Assembly (NCBI GenBank): GCA_051867075.1
Contig: JBJDYG010000017.1
Location: 3,747 to 67,746 of the forward strand
Length of the DNA stretch: 64,000 nucleotides
Reading direction: 5' to 3'
DNA from: Faecousia sp.
GTDB taxonomy: Bacteria > Bacillota > Clostridia > Oscillospirales > Oscillospiraceae
A program made the translations under genes and the position numbers. Shown here piece after piece: positions 27,485 through 38,043 of this stretch. Each line of letters begins with the position of its first letter. Positions within the stretch are counted from its first letter, which is position 1. Under the pieces are notes generated by a model. It did not search any database, was not told the DNA's origin, and worked only from the letters and a program-made list of their open reading frames with translations.

Positions 27485-30400
27485 GCGCACCCATCTCCTT
27501 TCCGATCTCGTCCCAGAAGCGCTGGGCATCCATGGTCTTATAATTGCGCCGCCCTTCCACACTTGCCGGATGACATACAGCGCCATAGGGACAGAACCGG
27601 CAGGCGTCGTGGGCGCTGCCCCGGGTATAGGGATTTGGCTCCACATTGCCGGAGGCAATGTCCTCTACCAGTCCCGCCAGTACCCGGAACACATACCCTT
27701 CCAGCAGCTTCAGCTGGTCCCGGTCGGCAAGGTCGCCGGCGAGGCTGCCGTCCTTTTTCACGCTGTAGCACATCCGCTGGGGGGCATCTCCCGGCTCCAT
27801 AGCCTGCAAAACCGTCTCGTCCCGCAGCAGCAGTCCCCTGCGCTTCCACTCCGCTTTCCGCTCCTGCTCCGCTTCCTCTTCACTCAGTTTTCCGTCCGAA
27901 GAAAGGTACGGAGCACGGGCAGGAAAATACTGCACCCCGGCAGCCACCGGGCGGTCGCCCAGCATCTCATCCCCGCTGCTTTTCAGAGCGAACATGTAAA
28001 GCAGCATCTGCAGTCCCACGCCGTTGAATACGTCGCAGTAATCAAAATCCTTTTTGCCGGTCTTGTAATCCACTACACGGAAATACCGGCTTGCGCCGCT
28101 GTCCCAGGTGTCCACCCGGTCAATAAAGCCCCGAAGAACCGCGTTCATGCCGCCGTTGGGAACGGGGATTGGCGGCAGTCCGCCGTCGCTGCCGAAGCTC
28201 ACTTCAAAGCCCACCGGGGAGAAAAGGGATTCCTTCAGTTCCAGCCACAGTTCCCGCACCACCATGTCCAGCTCCTGAATATGGCGGTGAAACAGGTAAG
28301 TCACACGTTCTGATTCGATCTGACTGAAATGCTCCCGGGCGTATTCGTCACTGAACCGGTGGGCAATGTCCAGGGTTTCCTCCAGAGAAACCCTGTGAAA
28401 GCCCCCCATGTCCCGGATACAGCGGGCGGTATTTTCCAGCACGGCATGAACATAGGTGCCGAATTCTGCCGGATCGATAACAGCTTCCTTCCGTTCACGC
28501 GCCCGCAGGCCGTATTTGAGGAAGTAAGAAAGGCGGCATTCTGCCTGCCGGTCAATCTGGGATGCGGAAAGATTCAAGGTGGCACCATAGAGCTTTCCGA
28601 TATTTTCCCGTTCCACTTTTCCAAGGCAATAATCCCGCCGGCGACAGGTTTCGGCGTATGTATCCGGAACGTTCAGCCGCTTTGCTGCGTCCTCAGCGTC
28701 CCACCGGGCAAGGTATGCCCCCGCCTCCTGTGCGTCCGCCGTGGCAAAGCCCAGTATATCCTTTGCCTGCTGCTCCCCGCCTGCCAGATCAGAAAGGCGG
28801 CGATACACGAAGGAGGGCTGCTCTGCGGAGCAGAATACGGTAACACTCTCCATAGCGCCGCAGAAGCATCCGTAAATCTCCGCGAATTCCGCCTGCACGC
28901 CCTCCATAGCGCCGCCGGTGAGGGGTACGCCCAGTTCCCGGAGGGTGACACGCTCCTGATCCGTCAGGACGCCGGCAGAGCCGGAGTAGCCGGGGAGTTT
29001 GCCTTCTTCCGCCCCCAGCACAATCAGATGCTTTTCCTGATGGCAGCGCATGGCGGAAACGGGGCCAACCTGCACCGCATCCAAAACCGGCGGGATGGTG
29101 CCCACGTCGTACTGGCTTAGCAGCAGACGGAAAAGCCGGGTAAAATGCTCCGATTCCCAACGGGTATCCCCCAGAACGTCATACATCTGCTCCAAAGCAC
29201 CCAGCAGAATTTCCCAAAGCTGGTTCAATATCTGCGCACCCCGGTTATCACCGGATGCGTCCAGTTCCTGCGCCAGATCGGAAAGGCGCTGCCCCAGCGA
29301 AATATCCTCCAAAAACGCATACAGCGCCAGGACCTGTCCCCGCAGATCATCTGCATCCCGGAAGCCCTGCTGCAACCGAATCAGCGGAGTCATGGCTAAG
29401 TTTCTCGCCTCGTTCAGCTCTGCCAGCCGCGCCCGGTCATTGTCCGTCCATACGCCGCTCAGACCGTCCGGGTGGTTTTCCCAGTCCTTTATCCACTTCT
29501 GCCCACGGATGCCCCAGATAATGGCATAATTCTCCACCCGGTCACAGGTATCCGGGTCAATGGGCGACAGAGCGGAGCGCAGATAGCGCAGCACATTTTT
29601 CAGATCAAAGCCGCTGAGGGCGGCATCCAGCGCCGTCAGCACCGTGGCAATGACACTTTTTTGCAGAATGTCCTCAGTGCCGGACTGGTACACCGGAATG
29701 TGGAAGCGATGGAAAATCAGATTCACCAGTGGCTGATACACCGTTATATCGGTCAAGATCAGCGAAATATCCCGGTAGCGGCACCCGGACGCCACCAGTT
29801 CCATCACCTGACGCGCCGCGCCCATGCACTCAAGATAGGGTGATCCGGTGCGGAAAACCCGCAGGCAGTCCTGTGCACCGCCCCTGCGGATGGTGCCCTG
29901 AAACAGCCCCTCCCGCACCGGGGAAAGGGGCAGATGCTTTTCGGGAATGATCTCGAGCTTCACCTCCACCCCGGCATGCTGGGCGCAGCGAAGCAGCTGG
30001 GACGCCGTATCCCCTGCCTTTTCAAAGGCCAGCAGGTGTGAATCCACCCGGTCACAGTTCAAACTTACCGTCACATCGGAAGAAGCCTGAATAAGGTGCT
30101 CCAAAATAGCAAGGTGCTGCCGGGTAAAGTCCGGGAAGCCGTCTATGTAAAATACATGCTCCTGGGCAAAGTCGCCCTGCTCCATCTGTTCCAAAAGCCA
30201 GGTCATCTGATCTCTCGGGTCGCGTCTGCCCCGGCTGCACAGGGCATCATAGCTCTCCATCAGAAGCGCCAGCTCTTCCAGCTTCTGAGCAAGGCTGCCC
30301 TCCGTCTCTCCGGCGGCACGGCTCAAATCCCCCGAAGTGATGCAGCAGCGCTTGAATTCATCCAAAGCGTCAATGAGGCCGGTGAGAAATTCCGGCTTCG

Positions 30401-30734
30401 TCTCTACGGCGGCATAGGCTTTCAGGCGACTGGATAAGTGCCTTGCCGCCGCCGCCATTGCGACCACCCGGCCACCGTTATCCAGACATTCTTCCGCGGC
30501 GCTGCCCATGGAATCCTCCACCCGGCGGGCAAGGCGGGTAAACGACAACACCTCAGCATACCGGCTGGCGGTGTCTCCTGTCGCGGCGCACAGCCGCCGC
30601 TCCGTTTCGTGGCTGATCAGCTCAGGGACCATCAGAATGCGGTTTCCCTTCCTCCCGGCCACGTCCGCCGCGATGCGCTTCAAAATCTCATCCCGGTTGG
30701 CAGTCCAGTCCCTGCCAAGCAAAAGGTGCAGCAT
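27474..30734 (-). CDS. addB: AddB/RexB-like PD-(D/E)XK nuclease subunit
   Basis: LSASQID..C..SYFL, GFIDRVD, VVDYKTG, QMLLY, C-terminal CRFCPYGAVC Fe-S cysteines; overlaps addA. Confidence 0.9.
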   Translation of the reverse strand: MLHLLLGRDWTANRDEILKRIAADVAGRKGNRILMVPELISHETERRLCAATGDTASRYAEVLSFTRLARRVEDSMGSAAEECLDNGGRVVAMAAAARHLSSRLKAYAAVETKPEFLTGLIDALDEFKRCCITSGDLSRAAGETEGSLAQKLEELALLMESYDALCSRGRRDPRDQMTWLLEQMEQGDFAQEHVFYIDGFPDFTRQHLAILEHLIQASSDVTVSLNCDRVDSHLLAFEKAGDTASQLLRCAQHAGVEVKLEIIPEKHLPLSPVREGLFQGTIRRGGAQDCLRVFRTGSPYLECMGAARQVMELVASGCRYRDISLILTDITVYQPLVNLIFHRFHIPVYQSGTEDILQKSVIATVLTALDAALSGFDLKNVLRYLRSALSPIDPDTCDRVENYAIIWGIRGQKWIKDWENHPDGLSGVWTDNDRARLAELNEARNLAMTPLIRLQQGFRDADDLRGQVLALYAFLEDISLGQRLSDLAQELDASGDNRGAQILNQLWEILLGALEQMYDVLGDTRWESEHFTRLFRLLLSQYDVGTIPPVLDAVQVGPVSAMRCHQEKHLIVLGAEEGKLPGYSGSAGVLTDQERVTLRELGVPLTGGAMEGVQAEFAEIYGCFCGAMESVTVFCSAEQPSFVYRRLSDLAGGEQQAKDILGFATADAQEAGAYLARWDAEDAAKRLNVPDTYAETCRRRDYCLGKVERENIGKLYGATLNLSASQIDRQAECRLSYFLKYGLRARERKEAVIDPAEFGTYVHAVLENTARCIRDMGGFHRVSLEETLDIAHRFSDEYAREHFSQIESERVTYLFHRHIQELDMVVRELWLELKESLFSPVGFEVSFGSDGGLPPIPVPNGGMNAVLRGFIDRVDTWDSGASRYFRVVDYKTGKKDFDYCDVFNGVGLQMLLYMFALKSSGDEMLGDRPVAAGVQYFPARAPYLSSDGKLSEEEAEQERKAEWKRRGLLLRDETVLQAMEPGDAPQRMCYSVKKDGSLAGDLADRDQLKLLEGYVFRVLAGLVEDIASGNVEPNPYTRGSAHDACRFCPYGAVCHPASVEGRRNYKTMDAQRFWDEIGKEMGALGG

Positions 30735-30800
30735 AGGCCCACCCCTTTCTCTGTTTTGCTCCATCATACCACAGATTCCGTCCAATGAACAGAGCGGGAT

Positions 30801-31412
30801 TTATCCTGCAAACAAAATATTTTCCAGTTCTCCCAGAGCATCCAGCAGGAAAAAACGCACCTCGTACGCTTCCTCCCCGGTAAGCGCCCCGGTGAGGCTG
30901 TCAGGAAAGCCCGCCCCTGCCGCCTCCGATGCAAAGCCCTCGGAGGTTGCAGGCAGGCACAGCGTTGGAAACGCTACGCACCACCAGTTATGCCCCTCTC
31001 CCCCGCCGATGGTGATCCGCAGGGCTTCATACACTCCGGCAGGCAGAGTAAAGGTATCATAATAGCGAGTGTCAAAGGCTTCCCTGCACAGCGTCACCAC
31101 TGCTTCGCAGTCGCACCCGGCAGCTTCCAGCGTTTTGTTGGCAACTGCCTGAATTTTGGGCAGGTTCGCCTGTAAGTACGCCTTAGCTTCCTCCACATCC
31201 GCGATTTTGGCAAGGTCATTTTGCAGGCTCGCAGTCACCGCATCCCGAACCTGCAGCTTGATTGCCTGATCTTCGTCGCTGTCGGAATTGGCAACCACAT
31301 GGAGCCGGATCAATTCTTCATTCAGCCGCTGCCGGTCGGCAATCAGCGTCCCGCACCACACGGACGCCGCAAGAATCAGGCAGATACCGATTCGTTTCAC
31401 AAGTTTCTTCAT
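30801..31412 (-). CDS. spoIIR: Stage II sporulation protein R
   Basis: LIRLHVVANSDS..DQ..KL.VRD; LPAGVYEALRITIG.GEGHNWWCV.FP.LC. Confidence 0.95.
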   Translation of the reverse strand: MKKLVKRIGICLILAASVWCGTLIADRQRLNEELIRLHVVANSDSDEDQAIKLQVRDAVTASLQNDLAKIADVEEAKAYLQANLPKIQAVANKTLEAAGCDCEAVVTLCREAFDTRYYDTFTLPAGVYEALRITIGGGEGHNWWCVAFPTLCLPATSEGFASEAAGAGFPDSLTGALTGEEAYEVRFFLLDALGELENILFAG

Positions 31413-31441
31413 AAAAAACACCGTCCATACGGAAATGCTTC

Positions 31442-31471
31442 CAGTATGGACGGTTTGCGCCGGAATTATAC
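31442..31471 (-). promoter_or_regulatory. SigF-type promoter of spoIIR
   Basis: Minus strand GTATA - 15 nt - GTCCATACTG; spoIIR is SigF-dependent in Bacillus and Clostridia. Overlaps the ispE terminator hairpin at 31420-31454. Confidence 0.65.
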
Positions 31472-32323
31472 AGGTTTGGCAATAAAAACATTGGGATAGT
31501 TATCTTTCAGCATACTGCACACCACGGCGGCGTATTCAAAGTCCTGCAAAATGGCAAAAACCGCCGAGCCGGAGCCGGTCATCTGCTGATTCAGAGAACC
31601 GTAGCTATTGCAGATGGATTTGATGTAGTTCAGTTCCAGATGCTCCGAGGTTACCACCGGGTCAAAAACGTTATACACGTTTTCCGCCACCTTCCCTAAG
31701 TCCCCTGCAAGCAGGGCGCTTTCCATGGCCTGATTGTCCGGCCGGTGGGGAATCGCCACCTCGTCGATCTTTTGATACAGTTCGGGCGTGGAGACGGAGA
31801 AATCCGGCTTGCACACCACGAATACGCAGTCAGGCATGTCCGGCAGTTTCCTGAGCCGTTCGCCCCGGCCCTCCACCATGGCTGTACCGCCTACCACGCA
31901 GAAGGGCACATCGCTTCCCACCTGCGCGCCCAGCTCCGCCAGCGCCAGCACGGAAAGGGGGTCGCCGTAGTGCCGATTCAGCGCCCGGAGCACAGCCGCC
32001 GCATCGGCGCTGCCGCCGCCCATGCCGGCCCCGGAGGGAATGCGCTTGAGAATGCGGATTTCCAAACCGTCCGGGTCTTTCTTCATGGCGTCGCAGTAGA
32101 CCTTCGCCGCCTTCCAGGCCAGATTCCGTTCATCGGTGGGAATGCCCTCCACGGAGCACAGCAGCCGCCAGGGCTTTCCCGTGCCAACGTCGATTTCCAC
32201 ATCATCCCGGACAGAGATGGTCTGCATCACGCTTTGCAGGTCATGGTAGCCGTCCTCCCGCCTGCCCAGAACATCCAGCGTCAGGTTCAGCTTGGCGAAG
32301 GCGCCTTCGTAAAGTGTCGTCAT
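31466..32323 (-). CDS. ispE: 4-diphosphocytidyl-2-C-methyl-D-erythritol kinase
   Basis: AKLNLTLDVLG...GYHDL, KRIPSGAGMGGGSADAA, GSDVPF, MTGSGS. Confidence 0.95.
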   Translation of the reverse strand: MTTLYEGAFAKLNLTLDVLGRREDGYHDLQSVMQTISVRDDVEIDVGTGKPWRLLCSVEGIPTDERNLAWKAAKVYCDAMKKDPDGLEIRILKRIPSGAGMGGGSADAAAVLRALNRHYGDPLSVLALAELGAQVGSDVPFCVVGGTAMVEGRGERLRKLPDMPDCVFVVCKPDFSVSTPELYQKIDEVAIPHRPDNQAMESALLAGDLGKVAENVYNVFDPVVTSEHLELNYIKSICNSYGSLNQQMTGSGSAVFAILQDFEYAAVVCSMLKDNYPNVFIAKPV

Positions 32324-32454
32324 TTTGTAAAATGTCCTTTCTGTCATATACGGCAATTATAACGAAACAACCGGAATTTTGCAATGCTTTCCTGATAAAA
32401 TACGAAAAAGAGTGCATCCTATCTTCATCCGGGATGTGAAATGGAGGTAAGAAT

Positions 32455-32658
32455 ATGGATACCCTTGCGCTGATTCTGTCCATCATCGGCTGTCTCAACT
32501 GGGGGCTGGTGGGGATTTTCCGGTTTGATCTGGTAGCCTGGCTCTTCGGAGGCGCCGGCTCTTTATTCAGCCGGATCGTCTATACCATTGTGGGGCTGGC
32601 AGGTCTTTGGTGCATTTCCTTCCTGTTCCGCAGGAAAACCTTCGTTGAAGGGGAATAA
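32455..32658 (+). CDS. DUF378 domain protein
   Basis: IIGCLNWGLVGIFRFDLVA.LFG...SRIVY.IVGLAG. Confidence 0.9.
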   Translation: MDTLALILSIIGCLNWGLVGIFRFDLVAWLFGGAGSLFSRIVYTIVGLAGLWCISFLFRRKTFVEGE

Positions 32659-32701
32659 TCAATGGGCAGTTCCGTACAGAACTGCCCATTTTCGTTCTCT
32701 G

Positions 32702-33730
32702 TCAGGTGTAGCACCGCACGATGCACTTGACTTCCTGATCGCCGTACTTCGCGGTGACCTCCGTGGTGCCGCTCTGCAGGGCGGTGACATAGCCGTTTTC
32801 CACCTTGGCAATGTAGCCGTGTTCCACGCTCCACTCCACGTCCTCAGGCTTCAGCTCGCCGCAGTCCACCAGCTCCAGCTGGGTGCTGTAGCCCACCATC
32901 AGGCGCATGTCGGTTTTATTCAGCTTCAGCTCCACCTGAGGCAGCGTCGCTGCTTCCGTGGTTTCTTCGGCGGTTTCCGCCTGGGCGTCCGGAGAATCCT
33001 CTGTGGGCGGCTCAGTCTCCTCCTCAAAGCGGCAGGTTACAGGGCAAGTCAGCTGCTTTTCGCCGCAGGTAATGTAAATCACCGTCTCGCCCTCTCCAAC
33101 GGCGGTAATTCTACCGTCGGCGCTGACAGTGGCAACGTTCTCGTCGCCGGAGGTGAACACCAGCTCGTCCGTGGTATCCTCAGGCTTGACCACCACATTC
33201 AGCAGGAAGTAATAACCCGGCTGGGTCAGCTCCGCCGCGCCGCCGGGCAGAGACAGGCTCTGGCAGGGAATGCGCTGCTCGGTGGTTTCGGTTTCCGTCT
33301 GCAGGACCTGCTCCGTCTCGACGGCCGGGACGGTTTCTTTTTCCGGCCTCAGGTTGGGAAGCAGGAAGCGGAAGAACAAAAATGCAGTTCCCGCCAGCAG
33401 CACCACAATCAGCACCGTCAGTAATATCACCACAAAGGTGTTGTGCTCCTGGGGCTGCTCAAAGTCTCCCTCATCGTCGTCCTCCTCGGAGGAATAAGGC
33501 TCGTTCTCCGTTTCCGGGAAATCGTCGCTCTGCTCGTCAAAATCGAAGATTTCCTTTTTCTTTTTACTGGAAGAGTATCGTCCGCCTTTTCCCAGTGCGG
33601 GCATCTCCTTCATGACAAACTCGTCATCGGAAAGACTTTCGGATATATCCCGGTGATAACCGCAGATAGGGCAGCAATCCGCCGTGTCCTGGTAAGTCGT
33701 TCCGCAAATGTCGCAAATTACCTTGCTCAT
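32702..33730 (-). CDS. Membrane-anchored protein: N-terminal Zn ribbon, acidic linker, TM, two Big_2-like Ig domains
   Basis: CDIC...CPIC; TM segment; FTSGDENVATVSADGRITAVGEGET and VEWSVEH..IAKVENGYVTAL..GTTEVTA. Confidence 0.8.
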   Translation of the reverse strand: MSKVICDICGTTYQDTADCCPICGYHRDISESLSDDEFVMKEMPALGKGGRYSSSKKKKEIFDFDEQSDDFPETENEPYSSEEDDDEGDFEQPQEHNTFVVILLTVLIVVLLAGTAFLFFRFLLPNLRPEKETVPAVETEQVLQTETETTEQRIPCQSLSLPGGAAELTQPGYYFLLNVVVKPEDTTDELVFTSGDENVATVSADGRITAVGEGETVIYITCGEKQLTCPVTCRFEEETEPPTEDSPDAQAETAEETTEAATLPQVELKLNKTDMRLMVGYSTQLELVDCGELKPEDVEWSVEHGYIAKVENGYVTALQSGTTEVTAKYGDQEVKCIVRCYT

Positions 33731-33873
33731 ATGATACCTCCTGACAAAAATACACATAATGTACCATTATCATCGGCCATTATAACACTCTTTTCCAAAG
33801 AAAACAACTACAAAACTGTTGCTTTTTTCGTAATTTTATTTTATGATAGATGGGTTAAAGGAGGCGATTACGA

Positions 33874-36693
33874 TTGGCTGAATCTGAACTCATCTCTCCT
33901 TTGCTGGACGGATTCGCCATGGGCAACCCCATGAGCGATCATGACGGCGTTCGCTGCTGTCCCGCCATAAAGGAAAACTCGGATGACAAATACATAGTCA
34001 AAATCATTTCCGTGCCTGCTTCGCAGGTACAGATGGATGCGCTGCTCCTGGCCGGAGCCTATAAAGATCCTGCCGGCGCCATGGATTACTTCCAAGAAGT
34101 AACCGGCGACATTGAAAAGGAAGCGGAGTTTTTGCAGAAGCTCGCCAAGCTGGAGGGATTCCTGCCCTACGAAGGCTGGCAGACCGTGCCCATCACCCGG
34201 CGTCGGCTGGGATATGAGGTGTATCTGGTCAGTCCCTACAAGCGCTCGCTGGCAAAATACATCCGCCGCAATCCGGTGACGCATCTGGAAGCGGTAAATC
34301 TGGGACTGGATCTGTGCTCCGCCCTTTCCGTGTGCCGTCAGGCGGGCTGCCTGTATGTGGATCTGAAACCCACCAACATTTTCCTGACTGAGGACAAGAG
34401 CTACCGAATCGGCGATCTGGGCTTCATCCCCATGGATGCCATGAAATACACGTCCCTGCCGGACAAGTACCGCAGTCCCTACTCTCCCCCGGAGCTGCAC
34501 GACCCCATGTCCACCCTGAACGAGACTGCAGATACCTACGCCGTGGGTATGATCCTCTATCAGCTTTATAACGACGGCAATCTGCCTTTCAAGGGCATGG
34601 CTCCCGCCGAGGTGCTGCCCTCTCCCGTGAATGCTGACTATGAGATTGCGGATATCATTATGAAAGCCATTGATCCCGACCCTGCCAAACGGTGGGCGGA
34701 TCCAAAAGAGCTGGGAAAGGCGCTGGCTGCCTACATGCAGCGCAATTCCATTAATGATACGCCCATCACCATCTACACTCCCATTGAGGCAAAGCTGGAG
34801 GATATCGTGCCGGTTCCGCCCGAGCTGGTACCCGCTGACCCCGCCTTAAAACCGGAGGACGCGGCGGAGGAAGATTCTCAGGATGAAACCGCCCCAACCC
34901 CGGAGGACGCAGCGGACCTTCTGCCCCATCAGATGTCCGAGGAAGTATCCCGGATGGTGGAGGAGGCCGACGACCTGATTGCCCACGAGATTCCCAAAGC
35001 CGCGGTCATCACCGAGACGGAGGACATCCCTGACCGCTTCGCCTTCGCCCAGGAGGAAGAGGACAATGAGCCTCTGCCCGACAACAGCAACGAACCCTTC
35101 GCCGATGCGGAGGAGGAAAAGCGGCTGCAAAAAGAGGCACGGAAGCAGGAACGGAAGCAGAAGGCGAAAAAAATCATGTCTGCCGTCATCGTACTTGCCA
35201 TTCTTGCCGCTATCGGCGCAGGTGTGCTATGGGCGTACCAGAACTACTATCTGCAGACCATCAACAGCATTTCCATTGACGGCGACCAGTATCTGCTCGT
35301 TGTCAGCGTTGACACCGAGGTGGACGAGTCCATGCTCAGCGTCATCTGCATGGACAACTACGGCAACGCCGAAACCCAGCGCGTTGTAAACGGTCAGGCG
35401 ACCTTTACGGATCTGCTGCCGGATTCCCTGTATCGGATACAGCTGGATATCAGCGGCTTCCACAAGCTGGTAGGTCAGACCTCTGATATTTTCACGACTG
35501 AAAGCTCAACGAAGATTGCCAGCTTCTCTGCCATCACCGGATCTGAGGACGGTTCCGTCATGCTGAACTTTGCTGTCAGCGGCGCTGACCCGGAGCAGTG
35601 GGTGGTCACCTTCTCTACCGAGGGAGAAGAAGCACGCAGCGAGACCTTCTCCGGTCACACCGTCACCGTCAAGGGACTGACCGTAGGTAAAAAGTACACC
35701 TTCACTCTGGAGCCGGCAGCGGAAGCCACCCTCACCGGGGATAATACCCTGGAGTTCATGGCCTCCCGCCTGGTTCTTGCGGAAAACCTCACCGTTGCTG
35801 CCAGCAGCGGCAGCGACATGACCGTCCGCTGGGATCCTCCCGGAGACGTCGTTATTGAAAGCTGGGATGTCCGCTGCTACAGTGACAGCGGCTACGACAA
35901 ACAGCTCACCGTCACCGATACCGAGGTCTACTTCACCGATATTGATCCTACGGTGCCTTACACCGTAGAGGTCACTGCCTCCGGTATGACCCAGCCCGCC
36001 CGCACCAGCATCACCGCCAACCCCATCAATATCACAGGCGTAAAGGTGGACGAAGCTGAGCTGGAGCAGCTCACCGTGAACTGGGAGTACACTGGCGCCG
36101 CGCCCGCCGGCGGCTGGCTGCTGATGTACAGCATCGACGGCAGCGAGACCCCCAACGTAGTCAAATGCACTCAGCCGACCGCTGTGATCTCCCCCCGGAT
36201 CCCCGGCGCCAAGTATCAGTTCACCATTCAGGCGGCGGACGGCACCTCCATTTTCGGAAACGTCCAAACCTACACCTGCCCCAATGCCAGCGTGTATGAG
36301 GGCAACGGCCTGTCCGCAGACTATATCACCGCCCATCTGGTCAAAACTCCCGACACTGAGAACTGGCAGTTTGAGTCGGTAGGCACCGGCTCCTTCACCG
36401 ATCAGTTTACCGTGGGAGACAAGATTTCCGTGGTACTGCAGGCCACCGCCAATTTCTATGTACCCGAGGATCCGCTGAGCATTCTCTATGTCATCCGTGA
36501 CGGCTACGGCAACGTGATCCCCAAGTACATCTCTCAGGATACCGGCGACTGGAAGGAAGTATGGTATGCGGGAGACTATCACTACGGCGAGCTGGACGTC
36601 CCCACTGCCCCGGACACCCCGGGTGATTACTCCCTCAGCATCTACTTCAACGGCATGGCCATTACGGTCATTACCTTCACCGTCAGCGAATAA
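33874..36693 (+). CDS. Hanks-type kinase-like membrane protein with extracellular FN3-like domains
   Basis: IVKII, YVDLKPTN, IGDLG, YSPPE, DTYAVG motifs; single TM at about aa 435-455; beta-rich ectodomain. Confidence 0.8.
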   Translation: MAESELISPLLDGFAMGNPMSDHDGVRCCPAIKENSDDKYIVKIISVPASQVQMDALLLAGAYKDPAGAMDYFQEVTGDIEKEAEFLQKLAKLEGFLPYEGWQTVPITRRRLGYEVYLVSPYKRSLAKYIRRNPVTHLEAVNLGLDLCSALSVCRQAGCLYVDLKPTNIFLTEDKSYRIGDLGFIPMDAMKYTSLPDKYRSPYSPPELHDPMSTLNETADTYAVGMILYQLYNDGNLPFKGMAPAEVLPSPVNADYEIADIIMKAIDPDPAKRWADPKELGKALAAYMQRNSINDTPITIYTPIEAKLEDIVPVPPELVPADPALKPEDAAEEDSQDETAPTPEDAADLLPHQMSEEVSRMVEEADDLIAHEIPKAAVITETEDIPDRFAFAQEEEDNEPLPDNSNEPFADAEEEKRLQKEARKQERKQKAKKIMSAVIVLAILAAIGAGVLWAYQNYYLQTINSISIDGDQYLLVVSVDTEVDESMLSVICMDNYGNAETQRVVNGQATFTDLLPDSLYRIQLDISGFHKLVGQTSDIFTTESSTKIASFSAITGSEDGSVMLNFAVSGADPEQWVVTFSTEGEEARSETFSGHTVTVKGLTVGKKYTFTLEPAAEATLTGDNTLEFMASRLVLAENLTVAASSGSDMTVRWDPPGDVVIESWDVRCYSDSGYDKQLTVTDTEVYFTDIDPTVPYTVEVTASGMTQPARTSITANPINITGVKVDEAELEQLTVNWEYTGAAPAGGWLLMYSIDGSETPNVVKCTQPTAVISPRIPGAKYQFTIQAADGTSIFGNVQTYTCPNASVYEGNGLSADYITAHLVKTPDTENWQFESVGTGSFTDQFTVGDKISVVLQATANFYVPEDPLSILYVIRDGYGNVIPKYISQDTGDWKEVWYAGDYHYGELDVPTAPDTPGDYSLSIYFNGMAITVITFTVSE

Positions 36694-36700
36694 CACGCCG

Positions 36701-36729
36701 GGAAGCAGCTCCGTTATGGGGCTGCTTCC
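36701..36729 (+). terminator. Terminator hairpin
   Basis: ggaagcagctcc gttat ggggctgcttcc. Confidence 0.65.
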
Positions 36730-36886
36730 TTCCAGTTTCAGGAAATAGCCATGTACTTTTATCCAAAAGCCTTCATCTTTTTTCACGGCGCATTGTGACA
36801 ATCCCTGATTTTTGGGATTGTTCACACATTTCCCTCATAATTGTGTTATACTTGCGCAGAAAAATAAGGATGAAGGAGGCTGCCGC

Positions 36887-37438
36887 ATGCGTGGAAAAAG
36901 CCACCGCTGCCTGGGTCAGTATCTGGTGCAGCATTATTTAAGTGATGTCCCGGAGCGGTATGTAAAGGCGTTTTTGGTGGGCTGCATAGAGCCGGACCGG
37001 AATCCCGCTACATACCTGAAAGGCTCCATCCGCTGTCAGTGGCTGCGGGGTCACAACTACCGCAACGCACGGCGCTTCATGCGTGCCATCTCTGCCCGGC
37101 TGGAAAAAAAGGACAATCTGAAGCTGTTTGACTACTATACGCTGGGAAAGCTGATCCACTATACCGCCGATGCCTTCACATATGCCCACAACGATACCTT
37201 CCCCACCGCCCTGAGCGATCACCGGGAATATGAGGCTGCGCTGCAGGAGCATTTTCTGGATTATATGAAGCAGGATCCCCAGGTGAATCCTAAAGTTGCC
37301 GGAAGCGTGATGGATGCGATCTACAGCTACCATCGGGAATATGAGGCGCAGGAAGCGAGCATTTACATTGACACCCGCTTTGCCCTGAACGCCTGCTGCT
37401 GCGTGCTGGCGGTGCTGCTGGCCAAACCAATTTTCTGA
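36887..37438 (+). CDS. Zinc-dependent phospholipase C family protein
   Basis: N-terminal SH, GCIEPD, LGKLIHYTADAFTYAH, H..YE metal ligands. Confidence 0.75.
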   Translation: MRGKSHRCLGQYLVQHYLSDVPERYVKAFLVGCIEPDRNPATYLKGSIRCQWLRGHNYRNARRFMRAISARLEKKDNLKLFDYYTLGKLIHYTADAFTYAHNDTFPTALSDHREYEAALQEHFLDYMKQDPQVNPKVAGSVMDAIYSYHREYEAQEASIYIDTRFALNACCCVLAVLLAKPIF

Positions 37439-37452
37439 TTTGGAGGTTCCAA

Positions 37453-38043
37453 ATGCACAGAATTTTTGCCATGTGTCTGGAAGCCGGTGTGGCCGCGGTC
37501 GTGCTTGTGCCGGTGTTTCTGATTGTGAATCGACTCTATTTTCACAATCTGAACCAAACCATAGGCTATCTTCTTTTTGCAATTTATCTTGCCGCCGTGG
37601 ATGCCGTGGTTGGACTTCCCTGCGTTTCCTATATCCGGCTGGACTTTAACTTTAATTTCACCCCGTTTCTTTATATGTTCTCGGACTACAAAAACAGCCT
37701 GCTCAATGTGCTGCTGTTTGTTCCGCTGGGTTTCTTTCTTCCTTTCTTCTGGAAGAAATTCAGTTCCTTCGGATATACGGTTCTGTTCGGCTTCTGCACT
37801 TCCCTGCATATTGAGCTTTTGCAGATCTTTACGCTCCGGGCAACCGACGTCAACGATCTGATAACAAACACCTTTGGCACGGTTTTGGGCTATCTTCTTG
37901 CCAGAATCCTGCTGAAGCTCCTGCCGGAGGCTGCCCCCTCGGCACGGACAAGGGATGTGTTTCTCGTCTGCGGCATTGTCTTCGGCGTCATGTTTTTTCT
38001 ACAGCCGTTCCTGGCGGAGCTGGTGTGGAGTCTTCTGTTCTGA
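37453..38043 (+). CDS. VanZ family membrane protein
   Basis: LNVLLFVPLG, IELLQ...RATDVNDLITNTFG. Confidence 0.9.
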   Translation: MHRIFAMCLEAGVAAVVLVPVFLIVNRLYFHNLNQTIGYLLFAIYLAAVDAVVGLPCVSYIRLDFNFNFTPFLYMFSDYKNSLLNVLLFVPLGFFLPFFWKKFSSFGYTVLFGFCTSLHIELLQIFTLRATDVNDLITNTFGTVLGYLLARILLKLLPEAAPSARTRDVFLVCGIVFGVMFFLQPFLAELVWSLLF

